From: Actinomycetes bacterium
GTDB taxonomy: Bacteria > Actinomycetota > Actinomycetes > UBA12327
Direction of reading: 5' to 3'
Assembly: GCA_037130835.1 (NCBI GenBank)
Contig: JBAXSF010000001.1
Coordinates: forward strand, 1-30,261
DNA length: 30,261 bases
Part shown: positions 12,970 to 25,944 of the stretch, one piece after another
Layout: each line of letters starts with the position of its first letter
Numbering within the stretch: the first letter of the stretch is position 1
The notes under the pieces: generated by a model
Seen by the model: only the letters and a program-made list of their open reading frames with translations
The model's database searches: none
What the model was told of the DNA's origin: nothing
Program-made: the position numbers and the translations under genes

Positions 12970-14254
12970 CGGGCCACCTTTTCTTGTAATGAATACGTCA
13001 ACTTTCCGCGCAAGAGTGTCAGAACAACTTGGGCCGGCAGGGTTTGACCGGCAAAGGGTGAGTTGCGGCTTTTGGAACCCAATTCCTCGGGGTCCACAAC
13101 CCAGGTGGCGTCGGGATCGACCAACACCAGGTTCGCTGGCTCCCCTACTTCAATGGGCCGCCCCTGGTCTGTTAGCTGGCCGATGTGGGCAGGGCGTATC
13201 GACATGCGATCGGCTACTCCGGCCCAATCCAAGGCGCCCGTTGAAACCATCGCATCCACGACGACCGACAGAGCTGTTTGTAGGCCCAACATGCCAAAGG
13301 ATGCGCAACCCCATTCGCAGTCTTTGTCTTGATCGGCGTGCGGTGCGTGATCGGTTCCCACCACATCCAACGTTCCATCGGCCAACCCAGCGCGAACCGC
13401 TTCGACATCGGCAGAGGTTCGCAAGGGTGGGTTGACCTTGAAGGCCGGGTCATACGTGCGAGCAAGCTCATCGGTGAGTGACAAGTGATGCGGCGTCACT
13501 TCAGCAGTGACCTTTACGCCGCGAGCCTTGGCCTGTCGCACCAGTTCAACCGAGCCAGCCGTTGATACATGACACAGGTGCAGTCGCGAATCGACGTATT
13601 CGGCCAGCATGATGTCTCGAGCGATGATGGATTCCTCCGCAACACGAGGCCAACCACGCAGTCCCAGTTGCGAACTGACTTCACCTTCGTTCATGTCCGC
13701 GCCAGCAGTCAATGCAGGTTCTTGTGCATGCTGGGCAATCACACCATCAAAGGCCTTGACGTATTCCAGGGCCCGACGCATCAGCAAGGCATCAGATACG
13801 CAGTGTCCGTCATCGCTAAAGACACGAACTCGCGCTGCTGAATCAGCCATAGTGCCCAATTCGGCGAGCTGTTCACCACGAAGGCCAACCGATACCGCAC
13901 CAACTGGGTGCACATCGCACAAGCCGATTTCGCGTCCCAGTCGCCATACCTGTTCGACCACGGCCGCAGAGTCAGCCACGGGGGTGGAGTTGGCCATCGC
14001 GAACACCGCAGTGAATCCACCGCGCGCTGCCGCTGCCGTACCGGTCTCAACAGTTTCCGCATCTTCACGACCGGGTTCACGAAGGTGCGTATGCAAGTCA
14101 ACAAATCCGGGGAGCAAGACCGCCCCCTTACCGTCAATGATGTGCGCTTGGTCAACCGGCAGGTCCGCACCAATAGCAGCGATCACACCGCTATCAATCA
14201 AAACATCGACGTTGGCTCCCCCGAGAGGTCGCACATTCTTCAACAACAGCGTGC

Positions 14255-14258
<4 letters not shown>
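12966..14258 (-). CDS. pyrC: Dihydroorotase (type I)
   Basis: [46 protein letters not shown] metal-binding motifs. Confidence 0.98.
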
Positions 14259-15879
<1,621 letters not shown>

Positions 15880-15883
15880 CTAA

Positions 15884-15892
15884 AAGATAGCA
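15884..15892 (-). promoter_or_regulatory. Putative extended -10 promoter (TGC-TATCTT) of the pyr operon
   Basis: TGn-TANNNT about 77 nt upstream of the pyrR ATG, followed by a CACTCC/GGAGTG hairpin (15878-15858). Confidence 0.55.
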
Positions 15893-15934
15893 GGGCACCC
15901 AGCTAACTGGGGAAGGCAGGCTGGACTGAACCCA

Positions 15935-17377
15935 CTATTCGCGGTAGGCCAAGGCCTGTTCAGAGACGGCATGCCCCATGACGTGGACGCGCATGGCGTT
16001 GGTGCTCCCGGGGATTCCCGGCGGGCTTCCGGCGACAATGACCACGGATGTTTCCCGCTCCACACGCCCCATGTCCAGCAGCGCAGCGTCAACCTGACGC
16101 ACCATCTGGTCGGTGTGAACCACCGGTGGAACGAGGAACGTTTCCACTCCCCACACCAGCGTCAGACGATTGCGCACTTGTTCAACAGGCGTGAAGGCAT
16201 AAATTGGAATCGGCGAACGGTAGCGAGCTACTAAGTGCGCGCTCGTGCCGGTTTGCGTGAAAGCCACCAAGGCTTCAGCGTTAATCGCTGCCCCCACTCT
16301 GGTCGCGGCACTAGCAATGGCCTCACCCTTATTACGCGGTTCGGTGTTTACCGCATCCATCTGTTCTAGGGCTTCGCTTTCAACCGCAGAAATGATGCGG
16401 GCCATTGTTTCAACTGAGGCAATCGGGTGCGCACCGATACTTGTCTCGCCCGAGAGCATCAAAGCATCAGTGCCGTCGAGAACAGCATTAGCCACGTCGC
16501 TGGCTTCGGCACGCGTTGGACGCGACATTGACACCATGGACTCAAGCATCTGGGTCGCCACAATCACCGGCTTGGCGGCCTCACGAGCCAAAACGATGGC
16601 CCGCTTTTGGACCAAAGGCACCAGTTCCAGGGGCAATTCCACACCTAAGTCGCCGCGAGCCACCATGATCGCGTCAAAACGGTCCACGATTTCCTCAAGA
16701 TTGTCCACGGCCTGCGGCTTTTCAATCTTCGCGATCACCGGAACACTGATGCCGACCTCAGTCATGACAGCTTGAACCACATCAAAGTCATCCGCACTAC
16801 GAACGAAGGACAGCGCCACCCAATCGATGCCGGCCTTGAGCGCCCATCGCAGGTCGTCGTGATCCTTTTCCGACATCGCCGGCACACTCACGGGAACGCC
16901 AGGCAAGTTAATGCCCTTGTGGTCCGAAATTCGACCACCCTCGAGAACCATCGTGCGCACCATCGAGCCTTCAACAGAGATAGCACGCAAGCACACGCGT
17001 CCATCGTCAATCAGGATGAGGTCCCCAGCCTTTACATCGCCAGCCAAACCAGAGTAGGTCGTCGAAGCAATATCGCGAGTTCCCACCACATCATCGGTGG
17101 TGATAACGAAGGCATCTCCCTCGCGAAGCAGGACAGAGCCTTCGGCGAAGGTGCCCAACCGGATCTTGGGACCCTGAAGGTCGACCAAAATGCCCACACT
17201 GCGCCCGGTTTTTGCTGCCGCGTCACGAATTCGCTCCACAACTGCAGCATGCGTGGCCTGGTCACCGTGGCTCATATTCAAGCGAGCCACGTCCATACCG
17301 GCTTCGACGAGCTCAAGAATCTTCTCGGGAGAGGCCGTTGCGGGTCCGATCGTGCATACGATCTTGGCTCTACGCAT
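15935..17377 (-). CDS. pyk: Pyruvate kinase
   Basis: MRRAKIVCTIGPA, ARLNMSHG, DLQGPKIR, IAKIEKP, MVARGDLGVE, ATQMLESM, MLSGETS. Confidence 0.99.
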   Translation of the reverse strand: MRRAKIVCTIGPATASPEKILELVEAGMDVARLNMSHGDQATHAAVVERIRDAAAKTGRSVGILVDLQGPKIRLGTFAEGSVLLREGDAFVITTDDVVGTRDIASTTYSGLAGDVKAGDLILIDDGRVCLRAISVEGSMVRTMVLEGGRISDHKGINLPGVPVSVPAMSEKDHDDLRWALKAGIDWVALSFVRSADDFDVVQAVMTEVGISVPVIAKIEKPQAVDNLEEIVDRFDAIMVARGDLGVELPLELVPLVQKRAIVLAREAAKPVIVATQMLESMVSMSRPTRAEASDVANAVLDGTDALMLSGETSIGAHPIASVETMARIISAVESEALEQMDAVNTEPRNKGEAIASAATRVGAAINAEALVAFTQTGTSAHLVARYRSPIPIYAFTPVEQVRNRLTLVWGVETFLVPPVVHTDQMVRQVDAALLDMGRVERETSVVIVAGSPPGIPGSTNAMRVHVMGHAVSEQALAYRE

Positions 17378-17383
17378 ACCACC

Positions 17384-17389
17384 ATCTTA
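17384..17389 (-). promoter_or_regulatory. Putative -10 (TAAGAT) of a leaderless pyk transcript
   Basis: TAAGAT-GGTGGT-ATG: 6 nt between the hexamer and the start codon. Confidence 0.6.
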
Positions 17390-17458
17390 GCGCGTGAATG
17401 ACCTGACTTCAGCCCTGACGCGGGCGTAAAGCGTGAACAACAAACAAACCAACGGCGC

Positions 17459-18913
17459 TTACACCACAAGTGGGCGATCGGTGGGTCGCACGGGCGACGG
17501 CAAATTGGTTTCACCCGTGAGATACGCGTCCACCGCGGATGCGACAGCGCGACCTTCAGCAATGGCCCACACAATCAAGGACTGTCCTCGACCCGCATCG
17601 CCCGCGACAAAGATCGAATCCACCGTTGACATGAATTGAGCATCGCGAGCAACATTTCCGCGAGCATCAAGTTCCACACCCAGTTGAGTGACCAACGTTT
17701 CCGCCTGTGGCCCTACAAATCCCATGGCCAAGGTGATCAAGTCAGCCGGTAACTGAACTTCAGTGCCGGCGACCGGCTCAAATCGACCGTCAACCATGCG
17801 CACTTCAATCAATTCAATACCCGTGACATGCCCCTCGTCGTTGCCGATGAATCGCTGGGTTGAAACAGCGAACATCCGGTCGCCGCCTTCTTCGTGGGCA
17901 CTGGTGACTCGGTACAGCATCGGATAGGTCGGCCACGGCGCCTCATCGGGACGTTGATCGGCAGGGCGAGGCATGATCTCTAACTGAGTCACCGATGCTG
18001 CACCTTGACGATGAGCGGTACCCACACAGTCAGCTCCGGTATCACCACCACCAATAACAATGACGTGCTTGCCCTTGGCGTTAATTGGCGGCTCGACCAT
18101 GTCGCCTTCCTGCACCCGGTTAGCCCAGGGCAAGTACTCCATGGCTTGGATGATGCCGGTTAGTTCACGACCGGGAACGTCTAAGTCACGCCACGCGGTT
18201 GCACCGGTGGCGACAACAATGGCGTCATAGCGAGCGCGCAAGTCTGGCCACGTCACCGACTCACCAATGTCTGATGAGGGACGAAAACGCACACCTTCGG
18301 CTTCCATTTGTGCCAATCGCCGATCCAAGTGGTGCTTTTCCATTTTGAATTCGGGAATGCCGTAGCGCAACAGTCCACCGATGCGATCCGCTCGCTCATA
18401 GACAGCAACCGTGTGACCGGCACGCGACAACTGCTGAGCCGCGGCCAATCCAGCTGGCCCAGATCCCACAACGGCAACAGTTTTTCCGCTTAAGCGATCA
18501 GGGAGCTGTGGCACAACCCAACCTTCATCCCATGCACGATCGATAATTTCGACCTCAACTTGCTTAATCGTGACGGGATCAGCATTGATGCCCAGGACGC
18601 ATGCTGACTCGCAGGGCGCCGGACACAGCCGACCAGTGAACTCGGGAAAGTTGTTCGTTGCGTGCAACCGCTCAATGGCCGACTGCCAGTCCTGACGCCG
18701 AACCAAGTCATTCCATTCGGGAATGAGATTGCCTAGTGGGCAACCGCTGTGGCAAAACGGAATGCCACAGTCCATGCAACGACTCGCCTGTTGTTCCAGC
18801 TCACCATTACCGAAGTCTTGATAGACCTCTTTCCAGTCTTGAATCCGTACGTCGACCGGTCGACGAGGCGGAGTCTGTCGAGAGGTTTTAAGGAAACCCT
18901 TGGGATCAGCCAT
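17459..18913 (-). CDS. gltD: Glutamate synthase small (beta) subunit (start revised to ATG 18913)
   Basis: MADPKGFLK start, [18 protein letters not shown] and [12 protein letters not shown] Fe-S motifs, [19 protein letters not shown]; 8-nt overlap with the end of gltB. Confidence 0.98.
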   Translation of the reverse strand: MADPKGFLKTSRQTPPRRPVDVRIQDWKEVYQDFGNGELEQQASRCMDCGIPFCHSGCPLGNLIPEWNDLVRRQDWQSAIERLHATNNFPEFTGRLCPAPCESACVLGINADPVTIKQVEVEIIDRAWDEGWVVPQLPDRLSGKTVAVVGSGPAGLAAAQQLSRAGHTVAVYERADRIGGLLRYGIPEFKMEKHHLDRRLAQMEAEGVRFRPSSDIGESVTWPDLRARYDAIVVATGATAWRDLDVPGRELTGIIQAMEYLPWANRVQEGDMVEPPINAKGKHVIVIGGGDTGADCVGTAHRQGAASVTQLEIMPRPADQRPDEAPWPTYPMLYRVTSAHEEGGDRMFAVSTQRFIGNDEGHVTGIELIEVRMVDGRFEPVAGTEVQLPADLITLAMGFVGPQAETLVTQLGVELDARGNVARDAQFMSTVDSIFVAGDAGRGQSLIVWAIAEGRAVASAVDAYLTGETNLPSPVRPTDRPLVV

Positions 18914-21900
18914 TGACTGCCTCCATGATTGCAGTGTTGACATCCTTGCCTGCACGTTCAGCAGCAGCGCTGACCGCCAAAACCTTCTTGTAATCCTTCG
19001 GCATGATCTTGCTCAGTCGCTGGACCGAAGCGTCCCAATCCTTCAACAAGGACTCGGCAACCGTGGATTGAGTAAATTCAAAGTGGCGACGAACACTACT
19101 GAGGACAAAGGCTGCATCGGTTTCGTCCAAAGTTTCCACATCCACCATCTCAGCATTCACCACCCTGGAATCCAGGTCGAGAATGTAGGTGACGCCACCC
19201 GACATTCCAGCAGCGACATTGCGTCCGGTCGGTCCGAGAACAATGACGCGACCACCCGTCATGTATTCACAAGCATGGTCCCCCACGCCTTCGACGACTG
19301 CCGTGACACCGGAGTTGCGAACACAAAAGCGCTCGCCGGCAAGACCGCGTAAGAAGATTTCGCCCGAAGTGGCGCCATACGCCACGACGTTGCCGGCAAT
19401 CACGTTGGTGGCTGCATCAAACGAAGCATTTTCGTCAGGGCGCACGATCAGGCGCCCGCCGGACAAACCCTTACCCAAATAGTCATTGGCATCCCCGAGC
19501 AGGCGCAACGTGATTCCTCGTGGAACAAACGCGCCGAAGGACTGGCCCGCGGAACCATTCAAGGTGATATCGATCGTGCCATCAGGCAAGCCGGCGCCGC
19601 CATAGCGCTTGGTAACTTCGTAGCCCAGCATGGTGCCGACAGTTCGGTTGACGTTACGCACGGGAATCTGCGCAATAACCGGCTCTGCATACTCAAGAGC
19701 TGGAGCCGACAGCGCAATCAACTGGTTGTCGAGAGCCTTGTCCAAGCCATGGTCTTGATCAACTGCATGGTGTCGAGAGGCGCCTTCGGGAAGAGAGGGA
19801 ACATGCAAGATCGGCTCCAGGTCAAGCCCTGCTGCCTTCCAGTACTGAACCGCATCGAGGGCATCAATTAATTCGGCCTGGCCAACGGCTTCATCAACAC
19901 TGCGCAATCCCAGCTCGGCAAGGATCTCACGCACTTCCTCGGCAATGTATTCAAAAAAGGTCTGGACGAATTCCGGACGACCGGTAAAGCGCTCGCGCAA
20001 TACTGGGTTCTGCGTCGCGACACCAACGGGACAGGTGTCCAAGTGGCATACCCGCATCATGACGCAACCCATCACTACCAGCGGGGCGGAAGCAAAACCA
20101 AATTCCTCAGCACCCAGCAGCGCGGCAATGACAACGTCGCGGCCGGTCTTCAATTGGCCGTCAGCTTGGACGACTACGCGGTCGCGCAAACCATTGAGCA
20201 GCAGGGTTTGTTGCGTTTCCGCCAAGCCCAGCTCCCACGGTGCCCCGGCATGCTTGAGCGACGTCAGTGGCGAAGCACCGGTGCCGCCGTCGTGGCCACT
20301 GATCAAGATCACATCTGAGTGCGCCTTGGCTACACCAGCTGCAACGGTTCCCACGCCGACTTCAGCCACAAGCTTGACGTGAATGCGAGCTTGCGGGTTT
20401 GCATTCTTGAGGTCGTGGATCAACTGAGCTAAGTCTTCGATGGAGTAAATGTCGTGGTGCGGCGGCGGCGAAATCAATCCCACGCCAGGTGTGGAGTGAC
20501 GCGTCTTCGCCACCCATGGGTACACCTTGTGGCCAGGCAGTTGGCCGCCCTCGCCAGGCTTGGCACCTTGGGCCATCTTGATCTGAATGTCATCAGCATT
20601 GACCAAGTACTCACTGGTGACACCAAATCGACCAGAAGCCACCTGCTTGATCGCCGAACGCTTGCTGTCTCCGCCGGGCAAGGGTTGGTAACGCTCAGGG
20701 TCTTCCCCGCCTTCACCGGTGTTGGACTTTCCACCGAGGCGGTTCATTGCGACCGCAAGAGTTTCGTGAGCTTCTTGCGAAATGGATCCGTAGGACATCG
20801 CGCCAGTAGAAAAACGCTTCACAATTTCCGAAACTGGCTCGACGTCATCAATGGAGATAGCGGGTCGATCGCCGGTGCGAAGGTGAAAGAGTCCGCGTAA
20901 CGTCATCAAACGCTCGGACTGGTCATTGACCTTGTTCGTGTACTCCTTGAAGATGTCATAACGACGCGCACGCGTGGCGTGCTGAAGACGAAAGACAGTT
21001 TCTGGATCAAAAAGGTGCGGTTCGCCCTCACGACGCCACTGGTATTCGCCACCCACGTTGAGGGTGCGGTGGGCTGGTTGGATTCCACTGCGTGGATGCG
21101 CTACCGAATGGCGCTTTTCGACCTCTTCTGCAATGACATCAAGGCCTACCCCGCCCAACTTGCTGGTAGTGCCAACGAAGTAGCGATTGATGACCTCTTG
21201 CGACAGGCCGATGCATTCAAAAACCTGAGCGCCTCGGTAGGAGGCAACCGTGGAAATGCCCATCTTGGACATGACCTTGAGCAATCCCTTGCCCAAAGAC
21301 TTAACCAGGTTCGCCACGGCCTTCTCAGGATCAATGTCAATCACGCCTCGGCGCGCAAGGTCCTCAACCGTCTCCATCGCGAGGTAGGGGTTCACAACAG
21401 CAGCGCCATACCCAACGAGCAAGGCAACGTGGTGCACTTCGCGAATGTCTCCGGCTTCGACTACGAGCCCAATCTGCGTTCGAGTCTTTTCGCGAACCAA
21501 GTGATGGTGGACCGCTGCCGTCAGAAGCAAAGAAGGAATCGGTGCGAGTTCGCGATCTGAATCACGATCCGACAAGACGATGAAGCGCACACCCTCTGCA
21601 ATGGACTGGCTAACCTCCGAACAAATTTCATCCAAGCGATCAGCAAGGGCCGGTCCCCCACCATCAACGCGGTAGAGACCATTAATGCGCGTGGCAGCAA
21701 AACCGGGCAAGTTACCGTCCTTGTTGACGTGCAAAATCTTGGCCACTTCATCGTTGTTGATCACGGGGAACGGCAAGATGATGCGACGGCATGACGAAGC
21801 AGAAGCCTCAAGGAGGTTGCCCTCAGGCCCCAGCTGACTTCCCAGTGCAGTCACCAGCTCTTCACGGATGGCATCCAACGGCGGGTTGGTCACCTGAGCA

Positions 21901-23432
21901 AAGAGCTGACTGAAGTAATCAAAGAGCAGTCGAGGACGCTCAGAAAGCGCAGCAATCGGGGTGTCCGTTCCCATCGATCCCAAGGGCTCACCACCGGTTA
22001 GCGCCATCGGCGTGAGGATGACGCGCAATTCCTCGTCGGTGTACCCAAACATTTGCTGCCGGCGCGACACCGACTCGTGGGTGTACACGATGTGCTCACG
22101 ATCAGGAAGGTCTTCGAGTTTGAGATGACCGGCGTGCAACCAATCTTGATACGGCAGCTCGCTAGCCAACGACGACTTAATCTCATCGTCTTCGACGATG
22201 CGGTGCTCAACGGTGTCAACCAAGAACATACGTCCGGGCTGCAAACGTCCCTTGCGAACAACGCGGGCTGGATCAATAGAAAGCACTCCGGCTTCACTGG
22301 CCAAGACCACGAGCCCATCGTCGGTAACCCAGAAGCGACCAGGGCGCAGGCCATTGCGGTCAAGGACCGCGCCGATAACTGATCCATCGGTGAACGCGAC
22401 GTTGGCCGGCCCATCCCACGGCTCCATCATTGAAGCGTTGTACTGATAGAACGCTCGGCGACCAGCATCCATCGTGGCGTGGTTTTCCCAGGCTTCCGGA
22501 ATCATCATCAACACCGAATGCGGGAGCGAACGTCCGCCCAAGTGCAGAAGTTCCAAGACTTCGTCAAAGGATGCAGAATCCGAGCCACCATCGGTACAGA
22601 TGGGAAAGAGTCGGGACAAGTCGCCCGGGATTACGTCACTGCGCAGGTTGGCTTCGCGAGCGCGCATCCAGTTGCGGTTGCCGTTTACCGTATTGATTTC
22701 ACCGTTGTGCGCGATCAGGCGGTACGGGTGAGCCAACGGCCACGAGGGGAAGGTGTTGGTCGAAAAGCGCGAGTGCACCAGACCCAATGCCGACTTCATG
22801 CGTGAATCGGACAGGTCGGGGAAGAATGGTTCGAGTTGAGAGGTGGTCAACATTCCCTTGTAGACCACCGTGCGGGCCGACAAGCTCGCGAAGTAGACCC
22901 CAACTTCACGCTCAGCGCGCTTGCGCAAGCAAAAGGCCAAGCGATCGAGCTCAATGCCACTGCGGCCACCTTGTGCATCAGCAACGAACAACTGCGAAAA
23001 GCGTGGTTGGGAAGCAGCGGCAGCGGCACCCACCAGTCCTTCGGTAACCGGAACCTCACGCCAGCCCAGAACCTGGAGGCCTTCTTGCTCAGCGACTCGA
23101 GCAATCGCGGCTTTTCCTGATTCTTGCTGGGCATCATCGTTTTCGAAAAAGGCTATACCCACCGCGTAGCTGCCGGCAGCAGGCAAATCAAAGGTGACAA
23201 CGGCCCGCAAAAACTCATCGGGAACCTGAATCAAGATGCCCGCGCCGTCGCCCGAATCGGGGTCTGATCCGCTGGCACCACGGTGGTCAAGGTTGACCAA
23301 AACGGTGATGGCTTGCTCAACGATGGCGCGCGTGGCTTCACCGCTGAGATTGGCTACTAGGCCGACACCGCAAGCATCATGCTCGTCAGTGCCGGTATAG
23401 AGCCCCTGCGGGGAAGGAAAAGGCGAAACCAT
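18906..23432 (-). CDS. gltB: Glutamate synthase large (alpha) subunit (start revised to ATG 23432)
   Basis: EHDACGVG (Ntn Cys), [43 protein letters not shown] ([3Fe-4S]), C-terminal GXGXG domain. Confidence 0.98.
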   Translation of the reverse strand: MVSPFPSPQGLYTGTDEHDACGVGLVANLSGEATRAIVEQAITVLVNLDHRGASGSDPDSGDGAGILIQVPDEFLRAVVTFDLPAAGSYAVGIAFFENDDAQQESGKAAIARVAEQEGLQVLGWREVPVTEGLVGAAAAASQPRFSQLFVADAQGGRSGIELDRLAFCLRKRAEREVGVYFASLSARTVVYKGMLTTSQLEPFFPDLSDSRMKSALGLVHSRFSTNTFPSWPLAHPYRLIAHNGEINTVNGNRNWMRAREANLRSDVIPGDLSRLFPICTDGGSDSASFDEVLELLHLGGRSLPHSVLMMIPEAWENHATMDAGRRAFYQYNASMMEPWDGPANVAFTDGSVIGAVLDRNGLRPGRFWVTDDGLVVLASEAGVLSIDPARVVRKGRLQPGRMFLVDTVEHRIVEDDEIKSSLASELPYQDWLHAGHLKLEDLPDREHIVYTHESVSRRQQMFGYTDEELRVILTPMALTGGEPLGSMGTDTPIAALSERPRLLFDYFSQLFAQVTNPPLDAIREELVTALGSQLGPEGNLLEASASSCRRIILPFPVINNDEVAKILHVNKDGNLPGFAATRINGLYRVDGGGPALADRLDEICSEVSQSIAEGVRFIVLSDRDSDRELAPIPSLLLTAAVHHHLVREKTRTQIGLVVEAGDIREVHHVALLVGYGAAVVNPYLAMETVEDLARRGVIDIDPEKAVANLVKSLGKGLLKVMSKMGISTVASYRGAQVFECIGLSQEVINRYFVGTTSKLGGVGLDVIAEEVEKRHSVAHPRSGIQPAHRTLNVGGEYQWRREGEPHLFDPETVFRLQHATRARRYDIFKEYTNKVNDQSERLMTLRGLFHLRTGDRPAISIDDVEPVSEIVKRFSTGAMSYGSISQEAHETLAVAMNRLGGKSNTGEGGEDPERYQPLPGGDSKRSAIKQVASGRFGVTSEYLVNADDIQIKMAQGAKPGEGGQLPGHKVYPWVAKTRHSTPGVGLISPPPHHDIYSIEDLAQLIHDLKNANPQARIHVKLVAEVGVGTVAAGVAKAHSDVILISGHDGGTGASPLTSLKHAGAPWELGLAETQQTLLLNGLRDRVVVQADGQLKTGRDVVIAALLGAEEFGFASAPLVVMGCVMMRVCHLDTCPVGVATQNPVLRERFTGRPEFVQTFFEYIAEEVREILAELGLRSVDEAVGQAELIDALDAVQYWKAAGLDLEPILHVPSLPEGASRHHAVDQDHGLDKALDNQLIALSAPALEYAEPVIAQIPVRNVNRTVGTMLGYEVTKRYGGAGLPDGTIDITLNGSAGQSFGAFVPRGITLRLLGDANDYLGKGLSGGRLIVRPDENASFDAATNVIAGNVVAYGATSGEIFLRGLAGERFCVRNSGVTAVVEGVGDHACEYMTGGRVIVLGPTGRNVAAGMSGGVTYILDLDSRVVNAEMVDVETLDETDAAFVLSSVRRHFEFTQSTVAESLLKDWDASVQRLSKIMPKDYKKVLAVSAAAERAGKDVNTAIMEAVNG

Positions 23433-23497
23433 AATGGCCTCTCGTCGTGGTACTCCAAAGGGAGCGAAGGGACGACGCTGGCCCGAAGCAGGATCCC

Positions 23498-23506
23498 AAT
23501 CTACCA
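23498..23506 (-). promoter_or_regulatory. Putative extended -10 promoter (TGG-TAGATT) of gltBD
   Basis: TGn-TANNNT in the VIT1-gltB gap, implying a leader of about 60 nt. Confidence 0.55.
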
Positions 23507-23522
23507 CGGCCTAGCCCGGGGT

Positions 23523-24248
23523 CTACCCGATCCCAGAACCCACCAAACTGCCCAAGAAATAGGTCACCAGGCCTGCGGCCACGCCGATGCTGGCTTGCCT
23601 GAGCCCGCTGTACCACCAACTACGCGTGGTGACGCGGGAAACCGCGGCTCCACAGGCGAACAACGCCACGACGGCCAATACCTGGGACAGAGCCAAAACA
23701 CTTGAGGTGAGGCCCAGCAGGTACGGCAGCAGCGGAATGATCGCACCCACGGCAAACGAGCCAAATGAGGAAGAAGCTGCCACCCATGCCGAGGGCAAAT
23801 CGTTGGGGTTGATGCCAATTTCATCGCGAGTGTGAATATCTAGTGCTACCTCAAAGTCAGCGCTAATGGCGGTGGCAAATTCGGTAGCCAAGGGCCGTGG
23901 TACCCCTCGCGACACGTAGGACTCGATCAACTCAGCAAGCTCAGCCTCCGGGCGATGGAGCAATTCCAGGCGCTCTGACTCAATTTCGGCCAGCGCAGAT
24001 TCGACTTGTGACTTCACCGAAACGTATTCACCGGCCGCCATAGAGAAGGCTCCTGCTGCCAGCCCGGCCAGCCCGGCCAAAACAATCGTTGAGCGTGGCG
24101 CTCCCCCACCGGCAACACCGGCCATTAGTGCAGCATTAGAAACCAAACCATCCATCGCGCCGAAGACGGCCGGACGCAGCCATCCCCCAGACACGTTGCG
24201 ATGATCATGCTGGATTTCAACGTTGCGCGCAATGAGGTCGTCATTCAT
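23523..24248 (-). CDS. VIT1/CCC1 family metal (Fe/Mn) transporter
   Basis: LRPAVFGAMDGLVSN, GAFSMAAGEYVSVKSQ, cytosolic E-rich segment, SSFGSFAVGAIIPLLPY; several TM helices. Confidence 0.92.
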   Translation of the reverse strand: MNDDLIARNVEIQHDHRNVSGGWLRPAVFGAMDGLVSNAALMAGVAGGGAPRSTIVLAGLAGLAAGAFSMAAGEYVSVKSQVESALAEIESERLELLHRPEAELAELIESYVSRGVPRPLATEFATAISADFEVALDIHTRDEIGINPNDLPSAWVAASSSFGSFAVGAIIPLLPYLLGLTSSVLALSQVLAVVALFACGAAVSRVTTRSWWYSGLRQASIGVAAGLVTYFLGSLVGSGIG

Positions 24249-25107
24249 GTGTCAACTCGCCCTCAACTCTCACGCGCTCTAAGGATTCCTCGCGGCCGGG
24301 CCTTAATCGTCCCACAAGCACGACATAAAGCAAGGCGGCAATCCCGACGAACATCGCGACCCATTCATTCCACCGCAATCCCAGCAATTCCGGTGATGCG
24401 TCAATGCGCAAACTCTCGATTGCGCCACGCCCCAGGCAATAAATCGCGATATACAGCGCAAAAACTCGCCCGTGACCTAGCCGGAATCGACGATCCGCCC
24501 ACACCACGACCGCAGCGGCTGCTAAACACCATAAGCATTCGTACAAAAACGTTGGATGAAAGGTCGCAAAATCGGTGTAGCCATTGGGTCGAAACTCAGC
24601 ATCAATTTCTAGCCCCCAGGGCAACGTTGTGGGCCGCCCGAATAACTCTTGGTTAAACCAATTGCCCCAACGCCCGATCGCCTGGGCAACAGCTAAACCA
24701 GGGGCAACGGCATCAGCGATTGGCGGAAGGATCAAACCTTTCCTACGAGCTCCAATCCACACTCCCACCGAACCGAAAAGGACAGCACCCCAGATTCCAA
24801 GACCGCCCTCCCATACTTTGATGGCACGACCTGGATCGCCGTCTGGTCCAAAGTACGTTCCCCACGATGTCAGGACGTGGTAGATCCGACCCCCAACGAT
24901 GCCAAATGGAACAGCCCAAATCGCTAGGTCAGCAATTACTCCTGACTGACCACCGCGCGCAACGTATCGTCGATTGCCAATGATGATGGCCGCGAAAATT
25001 CCAGCGATAATCGCTAAGGCATAACCTCGAACCGGAAAGAATCCAAGGTTCCACACTCCCTGCGAAGGGCTAGGAAGGAAAGTCAGCAGGTGACCTGGTT
25101 GGCTCAC
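24241..25107 (-). CDS. lgt: Prolipoprotein diacylglyceryl transferase
   Basis: GIVGGRIYHV, WEGGLGIWG, QAIGRWGNWFNQELFG, FHPTFLYE, RGAIESLR. Confidence 0.97.
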   Translation of the reverse strand: MSQPGHLLTFLPSPSQGVWNLGFFPVRGYALAIIAGIFAAIIIGNRRYVARGGQSGVIADLAIWAVPFGIVGGRIYHVLTSWGTYFGPDGDPGRAIKVWEGGLGIWGAVLFGSVGVWIGARRKGLILPPIADAVAPGLAVAQAIGRWGNWFNQELFGRPTTLPWGLEIDAEFRPNGYTDFATFHPTFLYECLWCLAAAAVVVWADRRFRLGHGRVFALYIAIYCLGRGAIESLRIDASPELLGLRWNEWVAMFVGIAALLYVVLVGRLRPGREESLERVRVEGELTHE

Positions 25108-25135
25108 GCTAAATCCTCACTACCCCAGATAGGAA

Positions 25136-25933
25136 TTACTTAGATGCCTTGGCGATAGCTGCCGCAATGGACTCGTTTGTAATGGGACGCTCGAGTTCCT
25201 TACCATTGATGTACAGCGTGGGAGTGGCCGTAACCGGACGGTTCTGTGCTTCACGCTCTACTCCGTTTTGCACCCACTTTTGGTACTTCAATCCCACCAC
25301 ACAGGTTTGGAAATCTTTGGAAGTAATCCCCGCATCTACGCCGAACTGCAAGAGTTGCTGGTCGGTGTATCCGGTGCCCTCTTTTTTCGGCTGGTTGGTG
25401 TACACGATGTCGTGGAAGATGAGGAATTTACCCTCATCAGCAGCACACGCTGACGCATTGGCTGAGCGCAGCGATGCGTCGTTATTCAAATTGCGATCCA
25501 GGAAGGCCAAAGGGTGATAAACAGCCTTAGCTTTTCCTTGACTCAACAGCTTGTTGACGCCCGCTGACGTGGCATCTTCGAAGGTCTTGCAGGCCGGACA
25601 CTGGAAGTCTTCGTAAAAGTCGAGCACGGGAGTCTTTGCTCCGGCTGCCTTGACATTGAATTCAGTGTCGCCGCCGCCATTGATGGCGCCAGCACCAATT
25701 TCGATGCCATAGGTGGATTCATTCGCACCCTTAGGCAGCGGACCAACGTCAGAGGCACTCTTGCTTTGCTTGCTGACTGAGACTGCAACCAAGATGCCCA
25801 AGACAACCACGATGGCAATGGTCGCCCCGCCAAAGATCAAGGACCGACGACGATCGGCAGCTTTTTGAGCTGCACGTTCCGCAGCCAGTCGTGCCTGAGC
25901 TTCCGTGCGTGCTTCCTTATCGCCCTTACCCAT
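25136..25933 (-). CDS. Membrane-anchored DsbA-family thiol-disulfide oxidoreductase (MdbA-like)
   Basis: Charged N-terminus, one TM helix, YEDFQCPACK active site, second Cys pair (SACA...QTCV), TATPT cis-Pro loop. Confidence 0.88.
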   Translation of the reverse strand: MGKGDKEARTEAQARLAAERAAQKAADRRRSLIFGGATIAIVVVLGILVAVSVSKQSKSASDVGPLPKGANESTYGIEIGAGAINGGGDTEFNVKAAGAKTPVLDFYEDFQCPACKTFEDATSAGVNKLLSQGKAKAVYHPLAFLDRNLNNDASLRSANASACAADEGKFLIFHDIVYTNQPKKEGTGYTDQQLLQFGVDAGITSKDFQTCVVGLKYQKWVQNGVEREAQNRPVTATPTLYINGKELERPITNESIAAAIAKASK

Positions 25934-25944
25934 TGCCGTTCTCC

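Noticed and set aside
17430-17458. U-rich tract after gltD (GUUGGUUUGUUUGUUGUU) as an intrinsic terminator
   Set aside because: No stable GC hairpin precedes it.
23433-23507. ORF-track N-terminal extensions of GltB (also GltD 18914-18955 and DUF2752 29918-30031)
   Set aside because: They run through a promoter/leader or overlap the upstream gene; downstream ATGs match the family starts.
24201-24656. 151-aa alternative-frame minus-strand ORF overlapping lgt
   Set aside because: Out-of-frame overlap with a conserved gene, Arg/Pro-rich non-protein-like composition, and no SD.
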